A stretch of DNA of 58,849 nt, counting the filler, from Ionaspis alba (Eukaryota), in the NCBI GenBank assembly GCA_964255285.1. It is 3 parts of 3 records of this genome, joined end to end, with 100 filler letters (N's around TTAATTAATTAA, not from the genome) between each part and the next. Parts side by side here need not be neighbours in the genome. Positions count along the whole stretch, not along the records: positions 19,665 to 39,213 come from CAXUUL010000265.1; 2 more parts are not named here. One strand, 5' to 3'. The notes beneath the pieces are model-generated. The model searched no databases, was not told the origin of the DNA, and saw only the letters and a list, made by a program, of their open reading frames with translations. A program made the position numbers and the translations under genes. Of the stretch, positions 24,089 through 36,911 are shown in pieces. How positions within the stretch are numbered: position 1 is the stretch's first letter; each line of letters starts with the position of its first letter.

Positions 24089-25373
24089 TCACAACAACGG
24101 GTTCGATCTATATTCCGGCGCTGCACCATTCGCTTCTGACTTCTCAGCTTGGGTTTCCTGCTCCAAGTCGTTATCAATGTCAGCCTCCTGCTCTGCTAAG
24201 AACTTCTCGGCTTCCAAAGCTGCAATGCATCCCGATCCTACGTGGAAAGTGTCAGCAAGAGCTTCTTGCTCTTGAAGTACGTGCGTATTGAAACCTACCT
24301 GCGCTTGTTATGGCTTGTCGATATCGCTTATCTTGTACATCCCCTGCTGCAAAAACGCCCTCGATATTGGTATAGCTAGTTCCCGGCTTCGTGAGGATGT
24401 AGCCTTCTGTATCCGCCTCTACTTGCCCTTTGAACAGGGCCGTTGCGGGGTCGTGTCCAACGGCATAGAACAATCCATTTGCTTCCATGGTCTCCTCTTT
24501 GTTAGTCATTACATTCTTAATCTTGAGGTGTGTCATCAGTCCTCCATTTTGCTCCTCTCCCATAACCCGAGTCGCAACGGTATTGTACTTGACTGTAACT
24601 TTCGGATGCGACGTCAGTCGCTTGGCCATGGTCTTGCTTGCTCGTAATTTGTCCTTCCTGACAAGTACAGTGACATGGCTTCCGTACTTTGTGAGAAACA
24701 TGGCCTCTTCTGCCGCAGAGTCTCCACCACCTATCACAACGAGGGGCTTTTTCCGGAATATCGGTACCGCGCCGTCACAGACTGCGCAAGCGCTGATCCC
24801 ATTCTGCCAGTATTTTTCCTCTCCCGGGAGATTCAATCGTCGCGCTGACGCACCGGTGGCGATTATAAGGGCATCGGCGGTATTCGGTTCGTCCGAGGGA
24901 CCATCCGCGTACTCGGTCCAGAATTTGAAGGGTCGTTGTGAGAGGTCAACTTTTGAGATGGTTTCGGTGATTATTTCTGTGCCGAAGCGTTCGGACTGGG
25001 CGCGCATAGCTTCCTACAAGCGGATTGAGCACAGGAAAGAGAAGATGGTTCTTGGAATTGAAATCTGACCATAAGTTCCTGCCCACCAATGCCTTTGGGG
25101 AAGCCCGGGTAATTTTCGACGTCCGTAGTTGTGGTCAGTTGGCCTCCAGCCGCTATGCCATTCGCAAGCATGCCCTCATAGAGTACAGCTAGATGCTCGT
25201 CAGTGTTTGTCGCATTGTACGCTGCGACTTTGCTCACGTTTCAGCTCAGCTCGTGAGAGGTAGACGGCGGCAGTATGCGCAGCTGGGCCAGACCCGATGA
25301 CTTTCGAACGACATCAGCGGAGAGCCACAAGAGATTTTGAAGATAAGCACTCACTGACTACTTTCGTGTGCAT
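24089..25373 (-). CDS. TRR1: Thioredoxin reductase (low-molecular-weight type), 5 exons
   Basis: [42 protein letters not shown], redox motif [42 protein letters not shown]; ends EYRSNPLL. Confidence 0.97.
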
Positions 25374-25671
25374 CGCGCTACTCCTTGCGCTCCGTAGAGG
25401 CGGCGTAACTTTCGGCAATGTAGTCGTCGGTGTCTGCTTTTGCTGGAATGCTGAGGCGGCTGCGATGCTGAAGCTGGACGCCGCACGCAAGGGAGAGGAA
25501 GGACCTCTTCTAAAGGCGGCTGAAAACAGTTTGAACGGTTGCAATTGAACAAAGAAAAAAAAAGGGTTTTGGTTTCGACGATTAGGGGGGATGATATGGT
25601 ATAGATAGGAGTGGACACCAAATTTTGCTGCTGTCCAGCTCAGCGAATAGAAGAGGATATTTGACGTGTCT

Positions 25672-25678
25672 TTAGTAA
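25672..25678. promoter_or_regulatory. Candidate Yap1/AP-1 response element TTACTAA upstream of TRR1
   Basis: Exact TTAGTAA on the plus strand about 300 bp upstream of the TRR1 ATG, next to TGACGTG (25662-25668). TRR1 is an established Yap1 target in yeast. Confidence 0.5.
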
Positions 25679-26399
25679 TTGTTTCGAAGATGCCAGAGGA
25701 TGAGGGCTCTATTTACAATGATATCGGCGAGCAGGGTTGGTGTGGCATTTCAAAGCCGTCAAATCTAGATTTCCAAATCAGCATTCCAAATGCCGAGGTC
25801 GATTTGATATCCCTATCCTCGATGCTCTATCTTTCCACAATCCAGCAAATATACATGCTAGCTACCGCTGGCTAGGAAAGGTATGAAATGGTTGATACTA
25901 CAATAATATCACATGCTATTCGAGAATCAAGAGATTGATCCGAGCATGTCATCATGCTGCTCCGTGTACACACCCCTTGACTATTATAGTCCAGCGGACC
26001 ATCCCATCCGAGTCACTCGTCTAACGCTCTGGCCGCCTGTTGTACAAAATGTGCACTCGCAAGAGAGCAGGGGCATGGTTGGGGGGCCAGCCTCAGGTAC
26101 TTCGAGGCAGGGGAAGTCTTTAGGGGCCCCGTGGGGTAGGCTCATGTGGTTGTCGCTGTTGACGTTCGATTCTCCACAGATGCAGGTGATCCGGACCTGC
26201 TGGACACTCTCACGTCTACTCGTCATGTGGCTTCTGTCCAGGGTTGTCGCCTTCTTTATATGGAGACATCAACCTAGTTTCAAAGCCACTGTTGACTCCG
26301 TACCTGTCAACATTCTGTGAGAGTCTTCGACGACCAAACCCAGTGGTCTTAGTGAGACATCCCGGCCTATTCTTAGCGGGGTCCGAGACAAACCCCACC

Positions 26400-29300
26400 A
26401 TGTCTGGAACAGGGGCGGACAGCTCTAAGAGCTCCCACTACACTAACAGTCATCAATCGACATTCATCACAATGGGCGGCGAAACACATACCAGACCAAC
26501 AACCAGCTCTTATCCAAAGCTCTCCGCTGGCCCTGTAGGTCAACAGATCCACAGCATATACAAGGATCGTCTTGGACAATTCAGCAGTGGAGGACAGTAT
26601 GCTGGTCAAAACCTCCTGGCCGCCTTGTACGAGGGGAGGGCTTCAGGCCCTGACCACGTCAAGCTTTCTGTTTATTCACCGCCAGATCTTGCACGTCCTA
26701 CCTTCAAGGAAGCTACCAAAAACGAATTCAAGGCTGCCAAAGTAGGAGATTCATTCGGTCCGAGCTGGTCAACCCATTGGTTCAAAGTAGAGCTCAAGGT
26801 CCCAGAGAGCCTGATGAAGAAAGAGCAATTAGAGCTTCACTGGGATGCCAACAACGAAGGTTTAGTGTGGAGTGAAGCTGGCGAGCCTCTGCAGGGTCTC
26901 ACTGGAGGAGGAGAGCGCATAGAATGGATTCTACCCAAGTCGTTTAGAGACGGGAAGGAGCATACATTCTACATCGAGATGGCCTGCAATGGCATGTTCG
27001 GTAATGGTCCTGGGGACATCATCCAACCTCCAGTGACGGACAGATATTTTCAACTTCAGACTGCCGATATTGTGGCAGTAAACGTTGAGGCACGAGCCCT
27101 GTTCGTAGACTTCTGGATCATTGGAGGCAAGTCTTACGCCGGCTCGTTGACCGCGCGACGTGGCTGATCTCTATAGATGCCGCGAGGGAGTTTCCTGGCG
27201 ACTCTTGGGAGTCTCATGAAGCTCTGCAGGTGGACAACGCGATCATGGACGCTTTCATTGCTGGTCATGGAAGTCAAGACTCCATTCTCAAAGGTCGCGA
27301 AATCGCTCGGAAATACCTTGGTGACAAAGCCAATTCCCACGAAGTCTATGACAGCGACCAGAAACCAATTGTGTATGCTATTGGACATTGCCATATCGAC
27401 ACATGCTGGCTGTGGCCTTGGGCGGAGACAAAGCGGAAGGTGGCTCGGTCATGGTCGAATCAATGTGATTTGATGGATCGTTACCCCGAGCATCGATTCA
27501 CGTGTTCTCAGGCACAGCAATACAAATGGTTGGAACAGCTTTACCCGTCTCTTTACGACCGAGTCAAAGCCAAGGTCAAACAAGGGACATTCCAGCCGAT
27601 TGGAGGAAGTTGGGTAGAGCACGACACCAACATGCCCAGTGGCGAGTCTCTTGTGCGACAATTTCTCTATGGCCAACGTTTCTTCGAGAGTCATTTCGGA
27701 GAAAGATGCACCACCTTCTGGCTTCCTGATACGTTTGGCTACTCGAGCCAGTTGCCCCAGCTTTGTCGCCTTGCTGGCATGAGTCGCTTCTTTACTCAAA
27801 AACTCAGCTGGAACAACATCAACAACTTTCCTCACACGACGTTTAATTGGGTAGCGCTGGACGGCAGTCAAGTGCTCTGTCACATGGCTCCTTCCGAAAC
27901 CTACACGGCTGAAGCACATTTTGGTGATGTGAAGCGCAGCGTGACGCAACACAAATCGATGGATCAAGATAATTCGTCGCTCCTGGTCTTTGGAAAGGGT
28001 GATGGTGGTGGAGGACCAACCTTTCAGCAGCTCGACAAGCTTCGGCGTTGTCGAGGTATCAGCGATAAGATTGGCCTTCTACCGAGAGTCAAGATGGGTG
28101 ACTCCGTCGATGATTTCTTCGCGAGGTTAGAGGAGAAGGCTGCCAAAGGCACCAAATTCGTGACATGGTACGGCGAGTTGTACTTTGAACTTCACAGAGG
28201 GACCTACACCACACAGGCAAACAACAAATGGAACAATCGAAAGACGGAAATCATGCTTCATGATATTGAATATCTGGCAACCCTGGCTACGTTCAAGGAC
28301 AGCTCATACAAGTATCCAAAGAAAGACATCGACGACATGTGGGAGAATGTACTGCTCTGCCAATTCCACGATTGCTTGCCTGGGAGTTCGATCGAAATGT
28401 GCTATGATGACTCCGATGAATTGTATGCCGAGGTCTTCAAGACTGGCGAAAAGGTCATGAAAGACGCTCTGAACATTCTCGGATACTCTAAACATGAATC
28501 TGGCAAGGACAACCCGATGGCCTTAAATACCCTGCCCTGGTATAGATCAGAAATCGTGAAGATGCCCGATTCGAAGCCGGAGCATTCAGAGTACGCTCTT
28601 CTCAGTGGAAATCAAGGAAATGCCAGCGTTGAACTGTTGTCGGAGTCTCCAAAGTCTACTGCCTCTGTAAAAGAGGTGAAAGCGGGAGTCTTCCTATTGT
28701 CTAATACGAGCTTCGACGTGCAAGTCGAGAATGGCGTCATAACGTCACTGTATGACAAGCAGGAGAAACGTGAGGTTGTTGCAAGCGGTCAGAAAGCCGG
28801 TCAGCTCGTCATCTTTGATGATAAGCCGCTCTACTGGCAAGCTTGGGACGTCGAAGTCTATCATCTTGAATCGCGAGAAATCCTTTCATCTGGTAAAACC
28901 GAAATAGTCGAGCATGGTCCACACAGAGTTAGTGTCGTTACAGACACAAAGATCAGCGAGAACAGCTGGGCAAAAACTACCATAAGTCTTACAGCCAGCG
29001 TCGGCGGACAGCCGTCATATATTGAAATGGAAAGCGAAGTGGAATGGCGTGAGACCATGAAGTTTTTGAAGGTCGAATTTCCGGTCAGCATCTACAATAC
29101 CGAAGCTTCGTATGAGACACAATATGGCATCATTCGAAGGCCCACTCACTACAACACGAGCTGGGATATGGCCAAATTTGAGGTCTGTTGTCACAAATGG
29201 GCTGATCTCTCCGAGAACGGTTATGGTGTATCTGTTTTGAACGACAGCAAGTATGGGTTTGCCACTTGCGGTAACTTGATGCGGCTTTCTCTGCTTCGTG

Positions 29301-29833
29301 CCCCGAAAGCCCCTGATGCGCATGCCGACATGGGTAAGACGAGACATCGTTAGTAAATGACATCTGCTAACAACATGTAATAAACAGGTCGGCACAAGAT
29401 TCGCTACGCCATCTTGCCCCACGCCGGTAGCCTCGACTCTCGATCCATTCGAACGGCTTATAATTTCAATCATCCAATGAAATTATACTCGAAGTCTCCC
29501 AGCAGCGCACCAGAAGTCTCATCAATTCTCACCGCAATCACCCTTGATGGTAGCCCATCACTCATCCTCGACTGCATTAAACGTGGGGAGGACGACGAGG
29601 ATGTTTCTCGGGGAGAGCTACCCAAGAGAAGAGGTCGCAGTATCATACTCCGGATCTACGACAGCTTGGGAGGAACAAGTCGAGGAACGATCAGGGTCAA
29701 CAAGATGCTGAATGTCAAGCGAGTGTGGAAGACATCGATCTTGGAGGACGATGAGACGGAGATGAAGGGAACGAAAGATGTGGATATTGAGCTTCGACCA
29801 TTTGAAGTTGCTACATATAGGTTGCAGCTATGA
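26400..29833 (+). CDS. AMS1: Vacuolar/cytosolic alpha-mannosidase, GH38, 3 exons
   Basis: FGPSWSTHWF, GHCHIDTCWLWP, FWLPDTFGYS, GELYFELHRGTYT, QFHDCLPGSSI, KFEVCCHKWADLSE. Introns 27127-27176 (GC-AG) and about 29334-29387. Start at 26400 or 26472. Confidence 0.97.
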
Positions 29834-30175
29834 GGATTGTTTCTATAGCACTGTAGAGAGCATAGCATACTTCCAGCTTGATGGATTCTGAAGTCAATGA
29901 TCCGAACGAAATCCTCGAGTATCCAGACTCCTCGCCATCGAAGTCGACACCACTGGTATCCCCCATGGTTCTCCCAACCCACAAGCTTCTATGCAGTGCA
30001 AACAACGATTAGTGGTGATGATACCGGATCGTCATCTGGTAATTCGACCTTCCTCCTTCTGACGAGATCCGAGGCAATGGGGCAAAGCTTCTCCGCAGAA
30101 TTGCGGAGTACTCGACATGGCAGCGCAAGCGGGGCGTAGATTTCTCCACATCGATGATGTCGATGGCACCATACG

Positions 30176-32574
30176 ATGAACTCGTCGGCTAGGAACGTCT
30201 GTCTGGTGGTCTTCTCTTGCGTTTCTGCTCTTGTCCTACTCTACATCGCTCTTTTCATCTCCCCAGAGCTTTATCGTCCGTCGGCTCCCTCCATAGTTGA
30301 TCTCGCGACTTCGAACTCAGGAAAGGTCAGACCGTCAGAGGCAGCAGAAATGACCATACGCGCTTCGAAGTTCACACCGGAGTAAGCAAGATCTTTCATC
30401 CTTAGGCTGGAAGGATACAATGCTAAGTGCTGGTCAGGGTCCTTCTCAGCGCACCGCGGAGATCGTCTGCGGTTCCAAACGCCGATGGCACCCTCGCACT
30501 CTACACCGTGTCGACCTACTCTTTCGAGTCGCATAAAAAGACGAATGAGATCAGAGTCATAGAACTGGACGGCAGCCATCGCTCGACAGTGGTCACCGAT
30601 GAAGAGAAGACCAGTGAGCCCCACTGGCTGGAGGACGAGGTCTTATGGCTGAAAGAAGGGAACAATGGCTCGACACAGTTGATTGTGGGCTGGAATCGTG
30701 AAGGGCCTACTTACGTGGCAGGAACGGTACCAGCCCCGATCTCTGATATGAAGCTCAAGGTTTTGGAGAAGGGAAAAGTGGCTATCCTGTTCTCTGCGAA
30801 GGCAAAACCGGATGGAAGTCTTTACAATTCGGATCAAGCTCCGAAGAAGCACTCTACCGGTCTTCTCTACGATGCTCTCATGGTGCGGCATTGGGACAAG
30901 TATGTCACTCCTAACAGCAATACGCTCTTCTACGGCATTCTCCAGGCATCGAAGCCCCACATCACCGAATCGAAAGGTCGTTATTCTCTATCACCCATTT
31001 TCAACGCACTGAAAGGAACACATCTCGAAGCACCAATCCCGCCTTTTCCTAGCTCCTCACACTACGATATCAGCAATTCCGGTATTGCATTCGTTGCCAA
31101 AGATCCTCGTATCAATGCTGCGACAAACACGAAGTGCAACTTCTACTTCATTCCCGTATCTAGTTTCTCCGCAGAAGTCTCGTCGAAGCCGCAGATTGTG
31201 GAGGTTGAAGGTCTGGAGGGAGCTGCCTCATCGCCCGTTTTCTCTCCCGACGGTCATTCAGCAGCCTTCTTACAGATGAAGACAAATGGTTACGAAAGTG
31301 ACAAGAATCGCATCGTCCTGCTTCCGGACATCTCGAAGCTGTCAGCGGCAACGGAAGTGCTGAAGTCGAATGACGGACAGGGATTATGGGATAGAAGTCC
31401 GAGCGGGATTGTATGGGCTAATGATGGAAGAAGTCTATATTTGACGGCCGAAGAAGAAGGACAAGGCCTGCTATTCAGAGTGGACGTTCCAGCCACACCG
31501 CTCGATATGAATAAGATTCCTGAAAAGATCACCTCCACGGGATATGTTTCAGATGTCCAGCATCTCAGCCAGAACTCCAGTCACCTCTTCCTCTCCATGA
31601 ACAGTCTCGTCGACAACAGTCTCTACACCATCATCGCCCCAGATGAGCCCACATCCCTACAAGAAATCTCCTCGAATTCCCGCAACGGCACGTCTTTCGG
31701 ATTGTCCAAGAACCAAGTCTCTTCGATCTGGTTCCCAGGATCTGGTGACTACAAAGTGCACGCTTGGGTCGTGAAGCCCTCCCATTTCAAGGAAGGCCAA
31801 AAATACCCTCTCGCATATCTAATTCACGGCGGTCCGCAAGGAGCTTGGAACGACCAATGGAGCACACGCTGGAACCCCGCAGTCTTCGCCGAACAGGGCT
31901 ACGTCGTCATTACGCCCAATCCCACCGGTAGCACTGGGTACGGCCAAGCCTTCACGGATGCTATCCAGAACTCCTGGGGCGGTCTTCCCTACGAGGATCT
32001 CGTCAAAGGTTTCGATTACATCAAAGACCACCTTTCCTATGTCGATAGCGATCGAGCAGTCGCGCTTGGCGCCTCGTACGGTGGTTACATGATGAACTGG
32101 TTCCAAGGCCACCAGCTAGGCCGCAAACTCCGCGCTCTCGTCTGCCACGACGGCGTCTTCAGCATGACGAACCAGATTTCCTCCGACGAGCAATACTTTC
32201 CAAATCACGACCTTGGCGGGCCGAGGTGGAAAGTGCCCGAGAACTGGGACAAGTGGGATCCATCGCGGTTTGTCGAAAGCTGGCAAACGCCCATGCTGGT
32301 CATCCATAACGAGTTGGACTATCGGCTTCCGATTAGCGAGGGTTTGGCGATGTTCAATGTATTGCAGCAGCGTGGAATCGAGTCGAGGTTCTTGACGTTT
32401 CCGGATGAGAATCACTGGGTGCTGAAGGAGGAGAACAGTTTGGTTTGGCACACGGTGGTGTTGAATTGGATCAATAAGTTTGTGGGACTCCCGCCCTATA
32501 GGGAGGATGAGAATGAAGTTGTAGCGGTGCAGAATCCGCTTGCTGCACTTGACACAAAAGCTGGTGGGACGTGA
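30176..32574 (+). CDS. Dipeptidyl peptidase V-like S9 serine peptidase, 2 exons
   Basis: MTIRASKFTPE/VLLSAPRRS, IHGGPQGAW, NPTGSTGYGQ, nucleophile motif GASYGGYM, LDYRLP and FPDENHWV. Intron about 30382-30437. In-frame ATGs at 30176 and 30350. Confidence 0.95.
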
Positions 32575-33149
32575 GCAGGACGAGGCTGGTGTTTGGATGA
32601 GCGACTTGGGTGTGAGGTGTTTTGGTCTATAGGCTGAATTCTTGGTGTCAGTCGTTCCAGGCTAGCTAGCTGTCCATCCAAAATGACATCTGAAAATCCT
32701 TTTCGAACGAAACTGCGAACCGTACTTTGGAGTCTACGTTGTTGAGTATCATGGTTCAAGCTTCTGTCCTTTACTGCCTCTCACTATTTTCTCTCCCCAT
32801 GGCTCAAGCTTCAACCATATACATGTCCTCATATCCGCTAGGAACGGAGCTCCCATACAGCACAAGTGCGCAACAATCAGCATAAGGATAATTCGGCGAA
32901 TCGACAGCAATATGAGCATGTGTAGAATTATATACTAAATACTGTACTACATGTGTACCAACGCCGATCCGGGATATCAATGCCCACACAACAAAAGAAA
33001 ACAGCCGACCCAAAAGAACGTTTCGAACACATCGTCCACCACCCTCCCCAGCACCAAAGCTCCGTCGCTGAAATGCCCAGACCGAAGCGAACATAATCCA
33101 AGTCAACTCCCTTCACTACAAACAAAGCCCGTAATTCCCACCCTCGCTC

Positions 33150-35569
33150 TTACCTCGAAGGCGACATAACATACATCTCCACCTCAGGATTGGCCCTTCC
33201 CAACCCCCAACTATCCACACTCGCCATCTTCCTGACGCCCACACTCTCCTTCCTCATCTGCCACTTCATCTCCATCACCTCCCCAACCCCATCCTCATCC
33301 CCATAGATACTCGGACTGCACGCCTCCTCCCTGCCATCATACAGACTATGATGATCCATCGCCAACGCCGCCCCCTCATCGCTAGACGCAGGGCTCCACC
33401 GACTACTTTCGGTGCTGCCACCACTGGAAGGCGTTTCTGGATCGGAGATCTCGGCGTCGGAGGTGCGTCTACCGTTGCCGTAACCGTTGACGAGGATTTC
33501 GCTGAAAGGTTTACGCGGCTGCGGACAGCGGATGGGGAGGGTGGTGTTAGAGGCGTTGCGGGCGAGGGTGTCCAACGGGTGGAATGGGCGTGGTGGTGGT
33601 GTGGAGGGAGCAGCAGACACGGGAGCGGGCGAGTAGGATGAAGGATAGTAGTGTGGCATGTCGGGTTTGATCTCGGTGATTGCCTCGATGATGGCAGATT
33701 TGAGGACGGAAATGGTAGCCGTGGTTGGGGAAGGAGGAGTGGAGGATTGGATGGTCCAGGGAGGAGTGCCGGCCGTCTGGCAGCACAAAGGGTAGGTGAC
33801 ACCTTCGGTGTCGCGGACCTCGACGGGTGCGCGGGTGACGGAAATGAGCGTCTGCAGGATGGAGTAGATGAGAATCCAGCGGACTTTGCGGGCGTCGCTT
33901 GGGCTGATCTTCTCATCTTCGCGCATCGTCCATTCGCGTTCGAACCGGAAGTATTCGCTCACGAGAGGGGATTCCATCACACGAAGGTCATCACAGTTTG
34001 TGGCTGCTGTCAGAGCGCTGAGGCCCATGATGCGGCGCTCTGTTTTGGCTGCTTTGTTGCCGAAGAGGGAGCTGATGCCGCCGGCTCGGGGACGGTGAGT
34101 TGAGGCTGAGATTTTTGGGATCAAAGGCAGTGGTGTCGGTAGAGATGAGTATTTGTACTTCTTGTCGAAAGCTTGCACGTTTTGCAAAACGCATATACCA
34201 CCATCTGCTGGCCGATTGCTGTTCATTGATGTTGAGGAGTTGGGATCGACGAGGTACTCGTACAAATGCCGGAAATCGAAGTACATGGATCGTAGCGTGG
34301 ATTTGGGCAAGGCCGAGCCCTTCTTGTCTGTACGAGCAGGAGGCCAATAGCCATACTTTTGGACATAGAATGACTCGAGGAACGACCGGAATCTTTCAAG
34401 ATGCTTTTGAGCATCACTGGAGAGACCGAGGCAAGTGGTGAGATCGTCCTCGAGGAAAGTGCCTAGTGAATTGCCTGCTCGTTCTAATCGAAGGTTCATC
34501 TCCAGATGAGCTCGAGTGATGAGTGCCTTGGAGACTCTGGATAAGGACTAGTCTAGGGTTAGACTTACAAAATCGAAGTAGACGGAAGTATTGTCATACC
34601 TTGAACTCGGCACTCAACATCAGCTGGTCATTCATCCCAACGCAGTGGACAAAGGAGTCGATCCAAATCTCTCCGTACTGGAATTTTTCGGCGAATTGAA
34701 GAACAGCCAATGCATGGTCTGGGCATTCTCGGAAATCCGTGTAGCCTTGGTTATCAATGTAAGCCAGAATATCGTCTTCGTTCTCAGCCGGATCAGGTCT
34801 GTATGTATTCATACGCTCCATGAGAGATATGAGTGAAGTCCCCAATTGACAACCAGCCAATGGCTTTTCGAACATCCAGGCAAAGAAGTTGCGAGTCGTG
34901 AGGTGGTATTGGAAAGCTTCCTCACGGTTCAGGTTGGCAGGGGCGGGTACGTAGAGCTCATATTTGCCCGAGAGCGAAGGGTTGGTGAAGAAGCCACCGT
35001 CATCTGAGGAGCTGCTGCCGCTGTCCGTCGCTGCAGAGGGAGACTCTGGCACGGGGGTCGCGCAGCATTGCTCGAGAAATGGTCTGCAATTGCTCTCCTC
35101 AATGTCTATGAGCGAAAGACGAAGAGAGGGGCCTCGACGAGACTGGCCCTTGCCGTAGAAATGGACAAGGCAGTCTCCGCTCGGGAACCATAACTCGGGA
35201 TCCTGGAATGAGATGTCTGATGTTAGTGATTGAACATGGTCCGTTGAAGTGCTCTTCAACAACACTCACCCTTTTCAAGCTGTTCCAATTAGTGGTCGTT
35301 CTCCGGTTACCGTCCCAGCGTTTGATGTCGGCAACCTTGAAAGCACCGCCCATCATACTCTTCCGGTTGGCCGTCTCTTGAAATCGCTCCGCCGACGCAG
35401 CAAAGTGTGGTTGGGAGTGGATGTCTGTTGAAGCAACTCGCTGTCTCAGGCTGTTGGTAGATGACACCCTGCTATCAAAGTCTCTGGTCAGAGACCGACT
35501 TCGCCTTCTCGAGTCATTGCGGCGAGGGATGGCCGGTGGAAGGGCCATTGTGTTTGTCGATCGAGGCAT
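33150..35569 (-). CDS. Conserved fungal hypothetical protein, 3 exons
   Basis: KRWDGNRRTTTNWNSLKR/DPELWFPSGDCLVHFYGKGQSRRGPS, HLTTRNFFAW, DSFVHCVGM, HLERFRSFL...GYWPP and DARKVRWILIY. Canonical phase-0 introns near 35268-35204 and 34599-34550 link three ORFs. Confidence 0.88.
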
Positions 35570-36771
35570 TGCGCTTCCTCTACGTTCTGAACTGTCACCG
35601 CAACAGTAAGGAGTAAGTTGTCAAAGAATCTTGCATTGGTGTGGAATTCAAATTAGAAGATCTGCCAACAAAAGGAAACATCGGGACACTGGATGACTAT
35701 GTATGTACAGCTTCAGGCCCCAGTTGCGGGAGCACGCGGCCCTCGATGGATCTCGCTCTCTCTCTCGCTCTTCCACTCTACTCAGCTCCATCTGATCGAG
35801 TAGTGGCGCGTTTACCCCCAGACCGGAGCAGGGATTGTCAGAAGTTCTGGATCGACAATTTTCCATGTGCAAGGATGGACCATCCTGGTCGAGTGGGCGG
35901 GATCAAGGGAGGTCCAGGCAGGAATCTTATAGGTTATCGCTTTCGTCTCGCTGTGCACCCACTCACCAATCATCTCGCGTCGAAACCACGAGGTTGGACA
36001 GAAAGAGGTTAATCACTTTTCCCAGAGGGGAACTGGCTGGCGTCTCTGGACCACGATTCCTGCCGGCATTAGGCAACCCACGGGAGATCCTGTCCGTAAC
36101 GAGAGCTGTCAAACCATGGACTGCGGTGGGATCTTCGGCCTTGCTCGCCGGCCATCCAATCTCCCGAGCACTGTTGTATGATCATTGTGCGTACGGGCGA
36201 GCATGACGTTGAAGTGAAGAGAGCGCGGTTGCAATGAGGAAATTAAACATATCGACTGTGTCGGACAGTCAACACAAGCCGTCACCCACTACGTCAGCCA
36301 CCTTTCCATAACCATCCATTATCTAATGATGGAGATGACTGAGTCGTTTCGGCAATCTAGAAGGAGGCGAAAAGCAGATGTCATAGTCCAACTCCATTCG
36401 CGGACGAATTGCAAATACCGCGAACAGAGTCCAGCAGTAGTAGTGCTACTACACTCTGGCCCGAGAGGACGAGGCTGAGGATGTAGGATGGAAAGGGACC
36501 TTCTCCCACGGTCTGGCTCCCTGTGTGGCACTCGAGCTGGACGACATGTAACAGGGATCCACTATCTCTCGCGCCAGCCACGAGGCTTCGAAAAACATAC
36601 AAGGGCCAAGAGAAGGATGAAGGTTAAAGCACCCTGATGGCCGATCGCGCTACCGGCTGGTTGACAATTCCGACAGAGAGTTGGGTGGGAACAAATGCTT
36701 GGCTCTCTGGTCCCCTTGTCCCCCCGGGTGGGGTCCAGCTGTTCTGGAGTTCGTTATCGTATATCATGATG

Positions 36772-36911
36772 GCATCAACGAATGATTCCAGNNNNNNNNN
36801 NNNNNNNNNNNNNNNNNNNNNNNNNNNNNNNNNNNNNNNNNNNNNNNNNNNNNNNNNNNNNNNNNNNNNNNNNNNNNNNNNNNNNNNNNNNGCATCAACG
36901 AATGATTCCAG
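36772..36911. other. 100-N scaffold gap (36792-36891) flanked by a 20-bp duplication; assembly artefact
   Basis: GCATCAACGAATGATTCCAG on both sides of the gap. Confidence 0.9.

Noticed and set aside
26140..26185. tRNA-like GTTCGATTC (and GTTCGAGTC near 50030)
   Set aside because: Flanks do not form a T-stem or cloverleaf.
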